From assembly GCA_951406725.2 (NCBI GenBank), contig OX597817.1, positions 128,836,001-128,900,000 on the forward strand: a stretch of DNA of 64,000 bases, in the 5' to 3' direction. Source of the stretch: Octopus vulgaris. Lineage: Eukaryota. Positions 13,847-26,071 of this stretch are shown in pieces; position 1 is the stretch's first letter, and the number at the start of each line of letters is the position of its first letter. The translations under genes and the position numbers were made by a program. The notes beneath the pieces were generated by a model. The model was not told the origin of the DNA, did no database searches, and saw only the letters and a program-made list of their open reading frames with translations.

Positions 13847-13873
13847 TACATACATACATACATACGTACATAC

Positions 13874-13945
<72 letters not shown>

Positions 13946-13986
13946 GCATATATACATATACATATATATTTATATATATATATATA

Positions 13987-14017
<31 letters not shown>

Positions 14018-14020
14018 GTG

Positions 14021-14321
14021 GGAGGCGCAATGGCCCAGTGTTTAGGACGGCGGAATCGCAGTTGTAGGATCGTTTGTTTCGATTCCCAGACCGGGCTTTG
14101 TAAGTGTTTATTGAGCGAAAACATCCAAAGCTCCACGTGGCTCCGGCAGGGGGTGGGGGTGGCGCTCCCTGCAGTACTCTTTCGCCACAACTTTTTCTCA
14201 CTCATTCTTCTGTTGGCCTGCTCGCTTATCCAGCGGGGTGGCGTCATTTGAAGGCTAAAACAATGCGAAGTGCATTGTGACCAGCGATGTGTAGCAACAT
14301 CTGATAGCCTGGTCGGTCACG

Positions 14322-14325
<4 letters not shown>
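14021..14325 (+). mobile_element. tRNA-derived SINE family C
   Basis: GGCGCAATGGCCCAGTG..GTTTCGATTCCC head; collinear with the copy at 26930-27233. Confidence 0.85.
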
Positions 14326-14356
<31 letters not shown>

Positions 14357-14753
14357 AATAAACGCACATACACAAGCGTACGCACTTGCACGCACACATA
14401 CACGCACACGCATACACACGCACAAATACTCACGAACAACAGACGTCTTCGTGCTGTTTCGATAAGAAAACGTACGCATCTTGTCATTCTGCCCTACTGG
14501 AATCTAACACAGAGGGCTAGTGAACTACATGTAGTTTCACAGAGACAAAGAAACTACAAGAAGTTTCCCAGAGACAAATTGCAGAAAAAGACTTCATTTT
14601 GATACTGACACTTTTGTTCTCAATTACGCTTAACGACTGTGCAAATGTGCGTGTATGTACGTGTGTGTGTGTGTTTATGTGTTTGTGAGTGTGAGAGAGA
14701 CAGAGGCATAGAGTGATTATTATATAAATATATACATTATATTCATGCGTGTT

Positions 14754-14787
<34 letters not shown>

Positions 14788-14788
<1 letters not shown>

Positions 14789-15105
14789 TCTTTTTACTCT
14801 TTTACTTGTTTCACTCATTTGACTGTGGCCATTCTGGAGCACCACCTTTAGTCGAGCAAATCAACCCCAGGACTTATTTTTTGTAAGCCTAATACTTATT
14901 CTATCGGTATCTTTTGCCGAACCGCTAGGTAACGAGGACGTAAACACACCACCATCGGTTGTCAAGCGATGTTGGGGGGACAAACACAAACACACACACA
15001 CACACATACATATATATATACATATATACGACAAGTTTCTTTCAGTTTCCGTCTACCAAATCCACTCACAAGGCTTTGGTCGGCGCGAGGCTATAGTAGA
15101 AGACA
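14788..15105 (-). mobile_element. SINE family B (bipartite, internal microsatellite), 5'-truncated
   Basis: Tail module, (CA/TA)n linker and partial head matching 33441-33855. Confidence 0.85.
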
Positions 15106-15278
15106 TATATATATATATTATAGGTGTGTATAAAAATTATATACGAAGGCAAAAGCAACTAAGTGGTTTTCCAATACGCTAGAAATAGGAGTTAAATCTA
15201 AACCACGAAAACACTAATTCTTATTTTAGTATGTTGAATGTAGGCGGGCAGGACAATTTGAGAGAGTTCAAAAATGAT

Positions 15279-15387
15279 TAGTCATTCCCGTACTTCGAAG
15301 TTTCGTCCTTAACGATTGAATACACTAATTAATTAATCAATTAATCAATGCATTAAACCATCTATGGCTCATCAGCGAGAATTACTA
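15279..15387 (-). ncRNA. Type I hammerhead ribozyme motif, canonical core, extended helix II
   Basis: Minus strand: TAGTAATTCTCG-CTGATGA-G..C-GAA-ACTTCGAAGT-A-CGGGAATGACTA; 11-bp helix I with one mismatch; 16-bp hairpin inside helix II. Confidence 0.85.
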
Positions 15388-15679
15388 TGGACATATAGTT
15401 ATAAAACTCAATACATACCGCATCAGAGAGGATACAATGCATATTGAGTTTACAGCTTTATATATATAAAAGAATTCAATTCAAACGACCCACAAACAGC
15501 GCGCCAAAAGCCAGAGTAAAGCAACAGTGAATGAACATTCCGCAGCGAATTATCGAACTCTTAGAATTAAAATAAAAATATTTAAATCTAAAAGTATAGG
15601 GTAAAAATTAAATAATTATGTATATATATATTACTACATATATATATATACATGCACACGCATATGTACATGATTATAT

Positions 15680-15930
15680 ATTACTCTTTTATTTGTTTCA
15701 GTCATTTGACTGCGAGCTAGGCTTACACCGCATTTTGTTGAACAAATCGACTCCAGGACTCATTCTTTGTAAGCCTAGTACTTATTCTATCGGTTTCTTT
15801 TGCCGCACCGCTAAGTTACGGGGTACACGTTTGTCAAGTGATGATGGGGGAATAAACACAGACACACAAACACACACACATACAAACATGCACACGCACA
15901 CACACACAGACACACAAATACACACACACA

Positions 15931-15965
<35 letters not shown>

Positions 15966-16102
15966 GACGGTTTTTTTCAGTTTCCGTCTACCAAATCCAC
16001 TCGCAAAGCATTGGTCGGCCCGAGGCTATAGTAGAAGACACTTGCCCAAGGTGCCACGCAGTGGGACTGAACCCGGAACCATGTGGTTGGTAAGCAAACT
16101 AC

Positions 16103-16105
<3 letters not shown>
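15680..16105 (-). mobile_element. SINE family B
   Basis: Head, (CA)n linker and tail on the minus strand. Confidence 0.85.
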
Positions 16106-16191
<86 letters not shown>

Positions 16192-16313
16192 TATATATAT
16201 ATATGTGTATGCGTATGCATTTCAGAGTGTAGAAATGAAGATAGAGACCTAAAAAGAACGATATAATATGTGTCTATATATATATGAATCTATTTATGAA
16301 TGTAGCCATCAGT

Positions 16314-16690
16314 GGAGATTACCTGGTTTCGGGTAAGTTGATCTCAGTGATAACGGGGAAAAGGTCAGACGATTTTTCTTCACCTCTGTCTCACAAATCT
16401 CCTTATATTATATTATAGAAAGGCTAAACTTTCTGTTTCCTTTTATTCTGGGCAATTGATAAGCTTAAGGGATATATTTCTTGTTTCAAAATACGATATT
16501 TAATTCTCACTTCAAAAGAAAAAAGGTTCCAATTTTTATTAGACCTTATGAGTTTTTTTTCGTTTCATTCTGTTCCGATTTCTATTATGGACAATAATAG
16601 GTTTCACACGTGTTTTCAGAGGATCACTTGTTTAATAGCAAAATCTACACAATAGCCATTGAAACAGGGAGAATATATGCATACACACAA
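16314..16690 (-). pseudogene. Penelope-like 3' relic: GIY-YIG fragment plus decayed hammerhead
   Basis: Minus strand CIYSPC..TSDPLKTRVK (cf. YxIPC..GQTxRxLKTRxKEH) and RILKQEIY, then GGAGAT-TTGTGA..GAAACCAGGTA-ATCTCC. Confidence 0.5.
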
Positions 16691-16820
16691 ATACATATTT
16701 ACTGCCAAATGGCAGATACGTATGTATGGATACTCACACACATAAATATGTAGAAATGATTGTCTTTTGTAAGTACGCACGCATACATATATGTGCGCGT
16801 GTATATATATGTATGTATAA

Positions 16821-16886
<66 letters not shown>

Positions 16887-17276
16887 GTATGTATGTATGT
16901 ATGTATGTATGTATGAATATAAATATATGCATATATAAATATAAATATATATTTTTATATATGTATATGTATAAATATATATAAAAGTAAATATATATAA
17001 TATAGACAATATAACATATATATATGAATATATATATATATATACCTACATACATATATTCATATCTATTTATCTATCTATCTGTATCTATGTATGTATG
17101 TGTGTATGTATCCACGTGTATGTGTGTGTGTTTGTATGTGTGGTGTGTTGTGTGTGTGTGTGTGCATGTGTGTAGTCTTTTATGCATTTCAGTATACAGA
17201 TTTGCATTGATGTGGTATTCGTATCTCTTTCTCTTTTTGTTGCTCTCTCACCGTCTCTCTCACTTTCTATTGCTAG

Positions 17277-17414
17277 AGACAAAACCAGATGGTAAAAACC
17301 AGGTCTTCAGCAACATACATAACAGTAAATCATGCAAATTAAGTATCAATAGCGAACTCCTTCGCTTCCAACACCGTGGTTTCTCCAACACTACCCGAGG
17401 TTCAATGAACAAAA
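17277..17414 (+). CDS. Candidate internal exon (138 bp, phase 1-1), unknown protein
   Basis: Long pyrimidine tract plus CTAG acceptor, open frame TKPDGKNQVFSNIHNSK..GSMNK, donor AAA|GTCAGT; no homology recognised. Confidence 0.35.
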
Positions 17415-17654
17415 GTCAGTAACATACCGCATACTATCAGCTGGCTGACTAGCTGGCTTGTTGGTGGCTGGTTCGGCGGCTCCCTGACATGGTGGCTGGC
17501 TATTAGTGCATCGAGTTTCCCAACTCTGTGTTCGCTTGCAGACGTTTCTGCTTTTCAACATGAACTAACTCTTGAGGCTTCACATATCTTCCCTACCAGC
17601 CCATCCAGGTAACGTTTGAAGTCACAGCGTAGCAGGTCGACATACACGCACATA

Positions 17655-18458
17655 TGAAGGTAACTGAAAACTTCATTAGCTGACTAAGATACTCTCATGG
17701 AAGGTGACCAAATGGGGTTTATTTTTCAACATAGTCCCCCTCGTAGTCCACACATTCCTACCATCAGTGTTGTAGAGCACCGATCCTATTTGTGAAGACG
17801 CTTTCGTCCTGTTGCTGACAAATGTCATCAAAAGCAGATATGACGACATCATCACTGCGATACTGGATGTTTCCACTGGGTTTTCCACTGCATGGATTGT
17901 ACCTTTGCCTCAGGCTTAAAGTGGTGAAACTAACACTCGTCTAGGGTTAAGAAACGTTTGGCCTGCCTCACACAACGTCATGTTTTCCCGTGATGTAATC
18001 AGCTTGGTGTGCTTTTGACCAGGTGTCAGAAGATGTGGTACCCACCGAGCAGAAACTTTCGTCATGTCAACTTCATTGAGCAGAATATTTTCAACTCTCT
18101 CAAGGGATACGTCAATAGCATTAGCTATTTGATTTATAGTCAGTTACCTGTCAGCCCTAAACATGTAGTGAACAAGATCAATGTTTTCCTCGCTGGTGGG
18201 TGGCAGTTTCAAGACGTCCAGACTTTGGGCCATATCCAAGACTTTCCCTTTCCTACCTAAATTCAGCTGCCCATTTTTGCACTGTCAAGAAATCTTGAGT
18301 ATTATCCCCTAATATAGAAACTATGTCAGTATGAATGTCCTTGAGGGTTCAGCCTTTTCTGCAGGTACTTGATAACACCACGATACCAAATTTTGTCCAT
18401 TTTCAAGAGAAGTCGCCACTAGTTAATTTTGTAGTCTTGAACTTTTCGACCCACCTCA
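17655..18458 (-). mobile_element. Mariner element, internally deleted
   Basis: KVSARWVPHLLTPGQK (WVPHxL motif) and C-terminal LQH.W.ECVDYEGDYVEK; degenerate TIRs. Confidence 0.8.
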
Positions 18459-18621
18459 TATACGTGCTTACTTAAATTCTTACACGCGCGCGCAGAGAGA
18501 GAACGACACAGACACATACACACACACACACATATACATACGTATATGCATATAAGTTAGATATCCCTCAAATACAAAGTTAGCGTCTTCGGGAAGACCG
18601 CTGCTGTTGTTATTTTGATAG

Positions 18622-18812
18622 CAGGTCTACTTAGTCATTTAAGCGACAATAAGCGTAGGAAAATAGAACAATGGATAGAATATTTCAAGTTTAAAATGGC
18701 GTCCCACACCATTCAGAAGAACTATAGCATGTCGGAGTGTGTGATATGTTCCTCACCTAAACAGTCATGTGATGTGCCAGGCACAATGAATCTAATTCCA
18801 GTCCACACCTAG
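18622..18812 (+). CDS. Candidate terminal exon, unknown protein
   Basis: Acceptor TTATTTTGATAG|CAG (NAGNAG), phase 1 compatible with 17277-17414; GLLSHLSDNKRRKIEQWIEYF..VHT*; non-repetitive sequence. Confidence 0.3.
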
Positions 18813-19369
18813 TCGTTCGCTCGAGATATAGATATGTCTGCTCTATTAGAGCTGATCCGAAGTTACGAAACAACGGCAATAACTTCAATGATATGCAGGC
18901 TACAAAAAACCGTGGCCTTACCAAACTATTTCTACTTTTAGCACTAAACATAGAGAGAGGGGGTAGACAAGGAGAGGAAGAGAGAAAGATGGTTGGTGAC
19001 ACGTGACTTAGTGGATTATACATCATGTCTGCCTTACTAAATACTAACATTTGTTTTGGTTGGGATTTTTGTGTGTGTGTGTGTGTGTATGTGCGCGAGT
19101 TTGTGTGTCAGGGGATATTTGGAAAGCTAAAGTAGAAAAAGAAGGACTTGTGCAGGCTAATCGGATTATCTAATTAGTTCAATAAGAAATTTACCCTCCC
19201 ACTGAAAATATCAATTATAAAGAAACCAAGGGAAGATAAAGAAGACTAAGAACTAAGAATGTGGCCTATTAAATTTCAACAGGAATCAACGTCACGCTGA
19301 CAATAAATTCGGAAGTTGAAATAATTGTCTAAAAAGTAATTAAATGAATTATTAATTGAAATAGATTGG

Positions 19370-19517
19370 AGTGGATGTGTAGAAATAAGTTTGCTTCCTA
19401 ACCACACGGTTCCGAGTCCAGTCCCACAACGTGGTACATTAGGCAAGTGTCTTCTACTATAGCTTCGGGTCGACCAAAGCTTTGTGAGTTGATTTGTGGA
19501 CGGAAAATGAAAGAAGC

Positions 19518-19564
<47 letters not shown>

Positions 19565-19934
19565 TTCATTCATTCGGTTCGTATTGTGGAATGTGGAAGT
19601 TGATGTAACAACAAGATCATTCCACCTTCTAACACCGAGAGCGTCGTTGACAGCTTGTTGCATTGTTAACCCTCTGCTTTTAAGATCTCTTGTTATTTAT
19701 CTCCACCACGTTTCTTTTGGTCGACCACGTCTTCTTTTACCTTCTGGAACCCACTGCAAAGCGATCTTGACGATTGAGTCCGGTTTATAGCGTCAAACTC
19801 GACCCAGCCATTCCAACTCCTTGCTTCAATAGTTTCTCTTAATGGTTTCACGTTAGCCTTTGTGTTTATTTGGCTATTCGAAATCATATTCAGCCAATAG
19901 ACCTTCAAAATTGTTCGTAAACATGTGTGTGTGT

Positions 19935-19977
<43 letters not shown>

Positions 19978-20195
19978 CCTTTGTCCGTGTTTGCCTCCCG
20001 CCACCACTTGACAACCTGCGTTGATGTGTTTACGTCCCCTTACCTAGCGGTTCAGCGAAAATAAATAAAAACAGCGATAGAATAAGCACTGGGCTTTAAA
20101 AGAAAATAAGTACTAGGGTCGATTTGTTCGATTAAAATTCTTGAAGGCGGTGCCCCAGCGTGGCCGCAGTCTAATGACTGAAACAAGTAAAAGAT
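19370..20195 (+). mobile_element. SINE family B interrupted by an RTE fragment
   Basis: Head 19370-19520, tail 19975-20195. Confidence 0.8.
19566..19923 (-). mobile_element. RTE-clade LINE 3' end
   Basis: CLRTILKVYWLNMISN..WLGRV..KIALQWVPEGKRRRGRPKETW, typical RTE ORF C-terminus. Confidence 0.85.
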
Positions 20196-20406
20196 AATCT
20201 AAAATAAACAAAAGTCTTTTGTTTATAGAGACCGTAATGACTCCTAAACAAGTGGAAAATGTTGAAGATCGATGATATTCTCTAACCGGAGACTTGGTCG
20301 AAATGACCTTAACAGAATAGACTCCGCTAAAGGCAACCAAGATGCCATGTGTTGGTCTGAAAACGGACCACCGTATTCCTTTCTACTATAGACTCAATGC
20401 CTGCAA

Positions 20407-20456
<50 letters not shown>

Positions 20457-20627
20457 AGGTGGGGGCAAGTCTATTAGATCGACCCCAGTGACTGACTGGT
20501 ACTTATTTCATTGACCTCAAAAAGGACGAAAAGCAAAGTCGACTTCGGTGGAATTTGAGCTCAGAAAACATAGGCCACGTATTAAGTTTACTACTCACGT
20601 AGACCTGGTAATATTTGAACTCAGAAT

Positions 20628-21025
20628 AAGGCAGAGAGCTGGCAGAAACGTTAGCACGCCGGGCGAAATGCGTAGCCGTTTTGCGTCTGCCGTTACGTTC
20701 TGAGTTCAAATTCCGCGGAGGTCGACTTTACCTTTCATCCTTTCGGGATCGATTAAATAAGTACCAGTTACGCACTGGGGTCGATATAATCGACTTAATC
20801 CGTTTGTCTGTCCTTGTTTGTCCTTTCTGTGTTTAGCTGCTTGTAGGTAGTAAAGAAATAAGTATTTCGTCTGTCTTTATGTTCTGAGCTCAAATTCCAC
20901 CGAAGTTGACTTTGCCTTTCATCCTTTCGGGGCCGATAAATTAAGTACCAGTTGCGTAATGCGGTCGATCTAATTGACTGGATCCCACCCCCAAAATTTC
21001 GAGCCTTTTGCCTAAAGTAGAAAAG
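20628..21025 (+). mobile_element. SINE family A dimeric composite with 18-bp TSD
   Basis: Two core modules; TSD AATATTTGAACTCAGAAT at 20610-20627 and 21026-21043; inserted into an older minus-strand family A copy. Confidence 0.9.
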
Positions 21026-21360
21026 AATATTTGAACTCAGAATGCAAAGTGGAGGAATAAATACCGCAAAGCATCCGATCCGATGTTGTAACAGTTTCAT
21101 TCCACCAACCAACTCATAGGCACGAAGAAACGTTTGTGTATATATTAGTTGTGATTGTGGTAGAGTCATAGCAAAGGTGTGTCTGTGAGTATGGAGATGG
21201 TGGTGCTGGAGATGGTGGTGCTGGTGATGGTGTTAGTGATAGTAGATGGATGGGATCTCAACAAAAGGAAGGTGATTAGATGTGAGGTAGCAAAAAAATG
21301 CATGAAGTGGTTTTGGTAATGACGGTGTTGGCGAAATAGCAAAAAGAAAAGTAGTATGTG

Positions 21361-21485
21361 GTAGTGGTAGTGGTGGTGGTGGTGGTGGTGGTGGTGGTGG
21401 TGGTGGTGGTGGTGGTGGTGGTGGTGGTGGTGGTGGTGGTGGTGGTGGTGGTGGTGGTGGTGGTGGTGGTGGTGGTGGTGGTGGT
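21361..21485. repeat. (GGT)n microsatellite, about 40 units
   Basis: Read directly. Confidence 0.95.
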
Positions 21486-22013
21486 TTATTGTGTTGAAAG
21501 CGCTGGTGCTGGTGCTGGTGATGGTAGGTGTAGGGGTAGCAAAAATAAAGTGTATGTCTGTGTGTATGTGTGTGCGCGTAAGTGTGACAGTGGTAGTGGT
21601 GTTAGTGGTGGTTTTTGTGGTGGCGGTGGTGGTGATGGTGGTGATAGTGGCGTCGGCGTCAGTGGAGAGACTAACAAATAAGAAGTAAGAGTTAGGTGGT
21701 TGGCGGAGGTGCCAAGAAAGGTATGATGGAAGCAGGCAGAGCGGGATAAAAGGAGGCAGTAGGGAGCAAAGGAAAGTAATGGGGTGACTGAAGGGTATAG
21801 GGGAGCAAATGTTGTTAAAGGATAAGCCTGACAACAATGACAGCAACAATAATAGTAGCGCCATAAGAAACAACAACAACAACAACAGCAATACAAGCCA
21901 ACGAGGAAGACCTATACCTTGTCACTCGATGTGCTAGAAATTGCAGCGAAATCTCCGTCAAGTTAGATGCTATTAGGAAAGGAGACAGTGGATAATTAGA
22001 TCGTTGGTTTCTT

Positions 22014-22649
22014 ATTTCTTTACTGCCCACAAGGGGCTACTCACAGAGGAGACAAACAAGGACACACAAACGGATTAAGTCGATTATATCGATCCCATTT
22101 CGTAACTGGTACTTATTTAATCGACTCCGAAAGGATGAAAGGCAAAGTCGACCACGGCGGAAGTTGAAATCAGAACCTAGCGGCAGACGAAATACTGCTA
22201 AGCATTTCGCCCGGCGTGCTAACGTTTCTTATTTCTTTATTGCCCACAATGGGTTAAACATAGAGGGAACAAACAAAGACAGACAGAGGGATTAATTCGA
22301 TTACATTGACCCCAGTGCGTAACTGGTACTTAATTTATCGACCCCGAAAGGATGAAAGGCAAAGTCGACCTCGGCGGTATTTGAACTCACAACGTAACGG
22401 CAGAGGAAATACCTATTTCTTTACTATCCACAAGGGGCTAAACACAGAGAGGACAAACAAGGACAGACAAACGGATTAAGTCGATTATATCGACCCAGTG
22501 AGTAACTGGTACTTATTTAATCGACTCCGAAAGGATGAAAGGCAAGGTCGACCTCGGCGCAATTTGAACTCAGAACGTAACGGTAGACGAAATACCGCTA
22601 AGCATTTTGCCTGGCGTGCTAACGATTCTGCCAGCTCGCCGCCTTAATG
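22014..22649 (-). mobile_element. SINE family A trimeric composite with 16-bp TSD
   Basis: Three core+tail modules; TSD AGATCGTTGGTTTCTT at 21998-22013 and 22650-22665. Confidence 0.9.
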
Positions 22650-22779
22650 AGATCGTTGGTTTCTTGCGTATAGAAAATAGATGCGATGGTCATAGTTGGA
22701 ATAGTTTTGATAAGTTTTCTCGACTGTGACTCTTCTGGGGCTAAACAAATGCAGCGGTATCATGACAGTAAATGCTAAT

Positions 22780-23150
22780 GTGGTTGCTGAAACTGCTAGA
22801 AGTAGCAGCAAAATATCCCTCAGCTCACACTCACTGTTATCTCTAGTTAATTCTAGTTAATGTGGTCTTTGTTTATCTGTTGGGAAGGTCACAGCTGGAG
22901 AGCATTTGATCTTAGATTCGTTCGATCAGTGACTTGTAACTAGAAGGCAAATATTATTACTGCAGCATAAAAACTATGCGAACGAACTAACGAGAAAACC
23001 TCAACGTAGCAAAAAACAGTAGCCAAATATCCCTCAAACTACTATCTAGTAGACTGGATTTCAACTGTCTGAATACGATATGGGTTCGTTATGCCGCAAT
23101 GCCTTAGATCATTGCTTATTGAAGATTGTCCTTGGGTTAAACATAAACAA
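22780..23150 (+). repeat. Old dispersed repeat (GCTAGAAATAGCAGCCAAAT-like), two degenerate copies
   Basis: Similar motifs at about 22795 and 23005, and elsewhere at about 15178, 38195 (minus), 49245 (minus) and 61882. Confidence 0.45.
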
Positions 23151-23421
23151 CAAGTAGGAACAAGTGCAAAGATGATTATCTTGTAATTTGCAACACAAAC
23201 ACTTTCACATTTCCCTAGACTTAATCATCATTTTGTTGACGGAAACTGTGTGTAAGCCTTTGGTTTGTAATTTTAGCAATCTTCTTTCAGTCTCCCAACT
23301 TGGATGGTTTAAATTGTGAGGTTACTTTGGCAGAGTCGTTAGCAGAGTTATGCGATTTATAGCAGAATTGGCTTTCCAATCCCGCAAGCAACAAATGTGC
23401 GTGTATATATGTGTGTGTGTG

Positions 23422-23487
<66 letters not shown>

Positions 23488-23523
23488 TGTATGTATGTAT
23501 GTATGTATGTATGTATATATATA

Positions 23524-23764
23524 TATTGTTGTATTTCGGGATAGTCATTTTATTTATTTATTTATTTATTTTCTTTTTGTGTCCTTGTGTGTGTGTGGAG
23601 AGAATTACACACATAAACAGAGGAATACAGGAACTGTACCCTTCTTTTTCTCGGGTCTTAGGAGAGCAGTAGCACAATGGGGTGAGAGGTTGGGTTGAGG
23701 GGAAGGCCACTCTACTGCTAAAAATTAAGACACGCACACAAATATATACATACACGCACGCACG

Positions 23765-23820
<56 letters not shown>

Positions 23821-23997
23821 AACACAAATGTGTGTGCACATAGGATACACATCTTTGAAGAACAGAATGGAGTAAGTGGAGCAAGAACACACACGGAAAC
23901 AAAAAGTGTCGCTGAAGAGGTCACAGGTGTGTGACAAAAGATTTCTGGACAATAGACAGGCGTTAAAATAATAAAATAACATTAATAAACGAGTGAA

Positions 23998-24037
<40 letters not shown>

Positions 24038-24120
24038 CGTGTGTTTATCTGGCAAAAAAAAAAGAAAATAAATAAATAAATAAATAAATAAAATGACCAT
24101 CATCCCGAAATACAATAATA
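23524..24120. mobile_element. Non-autonomous element bounded by about 55-bp inverted repeats
   Basis: TATTGTTGTATTTCGGGATAGTCATTT(TATT)nTTCTTTTTG versus CAAAAA..GAAAA(TAAA)nATGACCATCATCCCGAAATACAATAATA. Confidence 0.65.
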
Positions 24121-24825
24121 TCTGTTTCAACACACGATTTCACATCAGGAATCTAGCAAAATTAATTGATAAACGTATATATATAGATATATATAAACTC
24201 ATGTTTTGAGTTCTATTTATCCTGTTTCTATAACCTTAGTACCGAACCTATATATTCATATCTTTCAATATAGATAGATGACGTGCACATTCGCACACAT
24301 AATGAGTATATAGAAATATCTGTTAGTTTAATTTAGATATCAGATGCGTTAGCATAAAAATATATATCTGCATGTATACATGTATGTATGTGCGTAAGAA
24401 ATAAACGTAGTTGAAAATGCACAGAGAAACGATACAGTTTGCGGTACAATTTCACGTTCTTCAAAGCATATACATATGTATACGGGGCGATTGACAAGTT
24501 TGAAGTAGTGGACTAAAGGGAATGAGGTGATAAAACATAAAACACAAATGATAAAGGAATGCGGTTATTCCGCTAGAAAAGGCGGACGTGTGCTGGTTTC
24601 AAAGTTAATTAACTCCCCCCCCCCCACACACACACACAAAAAAACCCCAGAAAATCATCCTTTAGGTGACTTGAAGAATTATAAGATAAACTTCCATAAT
24701 TGAATGAAGAAACCAGCTCCGATTTAGAAATTACGTGATGAAAAAGCTATATATTGAAGTTGAATTTTTCGGATATGCATGTAAAAGCTGGGGTTAGTTT
24801 TTTCAGATTGCATTTACACTGAACG

Positions 24826-24902
24826 AATGCACTGATGATGCCACGGACATTTGAATTATGTAAGTAATTCTTTTGTTAAAGGCCGAAACCGAGGTATGCA
24901 TT
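24826..24902 (+). ncRNA. Type I hammerhead ribozyme motif, canonical core
   Basis: AATGCA-CTGATGA-TGCC..(GAATTAT/GTAATTC hairpin)..GGCC-GAAAC-CGAG-GTA-TGCATT; 6-bp helix I; U-C mismatch at the base of helix II. Confidence 0.8.
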
Positions 24903-24929
24903 TAATTCTGTTTTTTATATAAATTTTCA

Positions 24930-25840
24930 TCTGTCCTGCCCGCCAAATTTGGTTCTGGTTTTCGCTGAATTTTTCCTCTAGAGAATTTTCTTTGTAGTTT
25001 GATCGTTGATGACCTATTTCTAGCATACGGCCGACTACCTGGCAGTCTTGCCCTGCCAATATACACATATATTAGAATTTTCTCTGACTTCTCAGATTTT
25101 TTGTATGCTAGACTACTGGTTTAAATTGATATTAAAATTAATATTAATTTATCTCCCTCATTATTTAAATATTGATATATTGATAAATGTAGGAGTGGAT
25201 TTAATAACCAGTCTATATTTCGCCCGGCGTGCTAACGTTTCAGCCAGCTCGCCGCCGTAATGAAATTCTTTACTGACGCAAATGAAATTTCTCATTAGTT
25301 CCCAATAGATATTCACTTTGCCTACTGTTTCAGGCGAAGCATTCGAAACCGCTTGGCAGTATACAACTTTTGCAACTGTTGTAAAGAACAATATTTGGTC
25401 TGTTATGTTTACATCGGGTTGTTACTTTTAGAATTTTGGAATCCTTATTTTTAAAACTGTAGATATATTCTGACTATGGCGTGCATTTTGGTATAACATT
25501 CAAGATGCTTCATCGTTCAAACGGCATTGAAAATACTTTTGGCGACAGTGTAATTCATGAGGAATTAAAGTAGAAATTGGAGGACATTTTAAGGCAGCTG
25601 TTGTTTCAGCAACGTTTTGACATTGATGCAACACAACTCATTTTCTGTCACAGTTTTAAGAAGTTTGGATGACACTTTACATTATTAAGATGCTTAGTAG
25701 TTCTTTCCTGGTGCTGATTGTGAAAGTGCAGCCAATGTTGTAGGTATCCTTTAGCGCAGGCTGCGATGAGGCTATAAGGTGTTACCCAGGCATTCAAGTA
25801 TGAGTCTACTGCATCCTATAGCAGAAACAGCTGTAAGCTA
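24930..25840 (-). pseudogene. Possible LINE AP-endonuclease relic
   Basis: VYCQAVSNASPETVGKVNIYWELMRNFICVSKEFH resembles CYSPTNxSxE..FYxxL..VPKH of RTE APE domains; very decayed; SINE A fragment at 25217-25257. Confidence 0.3.
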
Positions 25841-25865
25841 ACGAAATTTATAAGATAATTGTTTG

Positions 25866-25896
<31 letters not shown>

Positions 25897-26071
25897 CGAA
25901 TGTGTATGCGAAAGTGTGTGTGAGTGTTTGTGAGTGTGTGTGAGTGTGTGTATTGTGTGTGCATGTATCTATGTACACACATACATACACAAATGTGCAT
26001 GTATATATGTGTGTGTATGTGTGTATGTGTGTATGCGTGTGTGTGTCCATGAATATGTGCATGAATGTATA

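Noticed and set aside
14275-14325. Hammerhead in the SINE C 3' hairpin (CTGATAG/CTGATGG)
   Set aside because: Stems exist (GACCAG/CTGGTC, GATGT/ACATC) but there is no GAAA and no NUH in the required positions
21166-21891. 241-aa ORF with a long His run
   Set aside because: Reverse complement of (GGT)n plus low-complexity flanks
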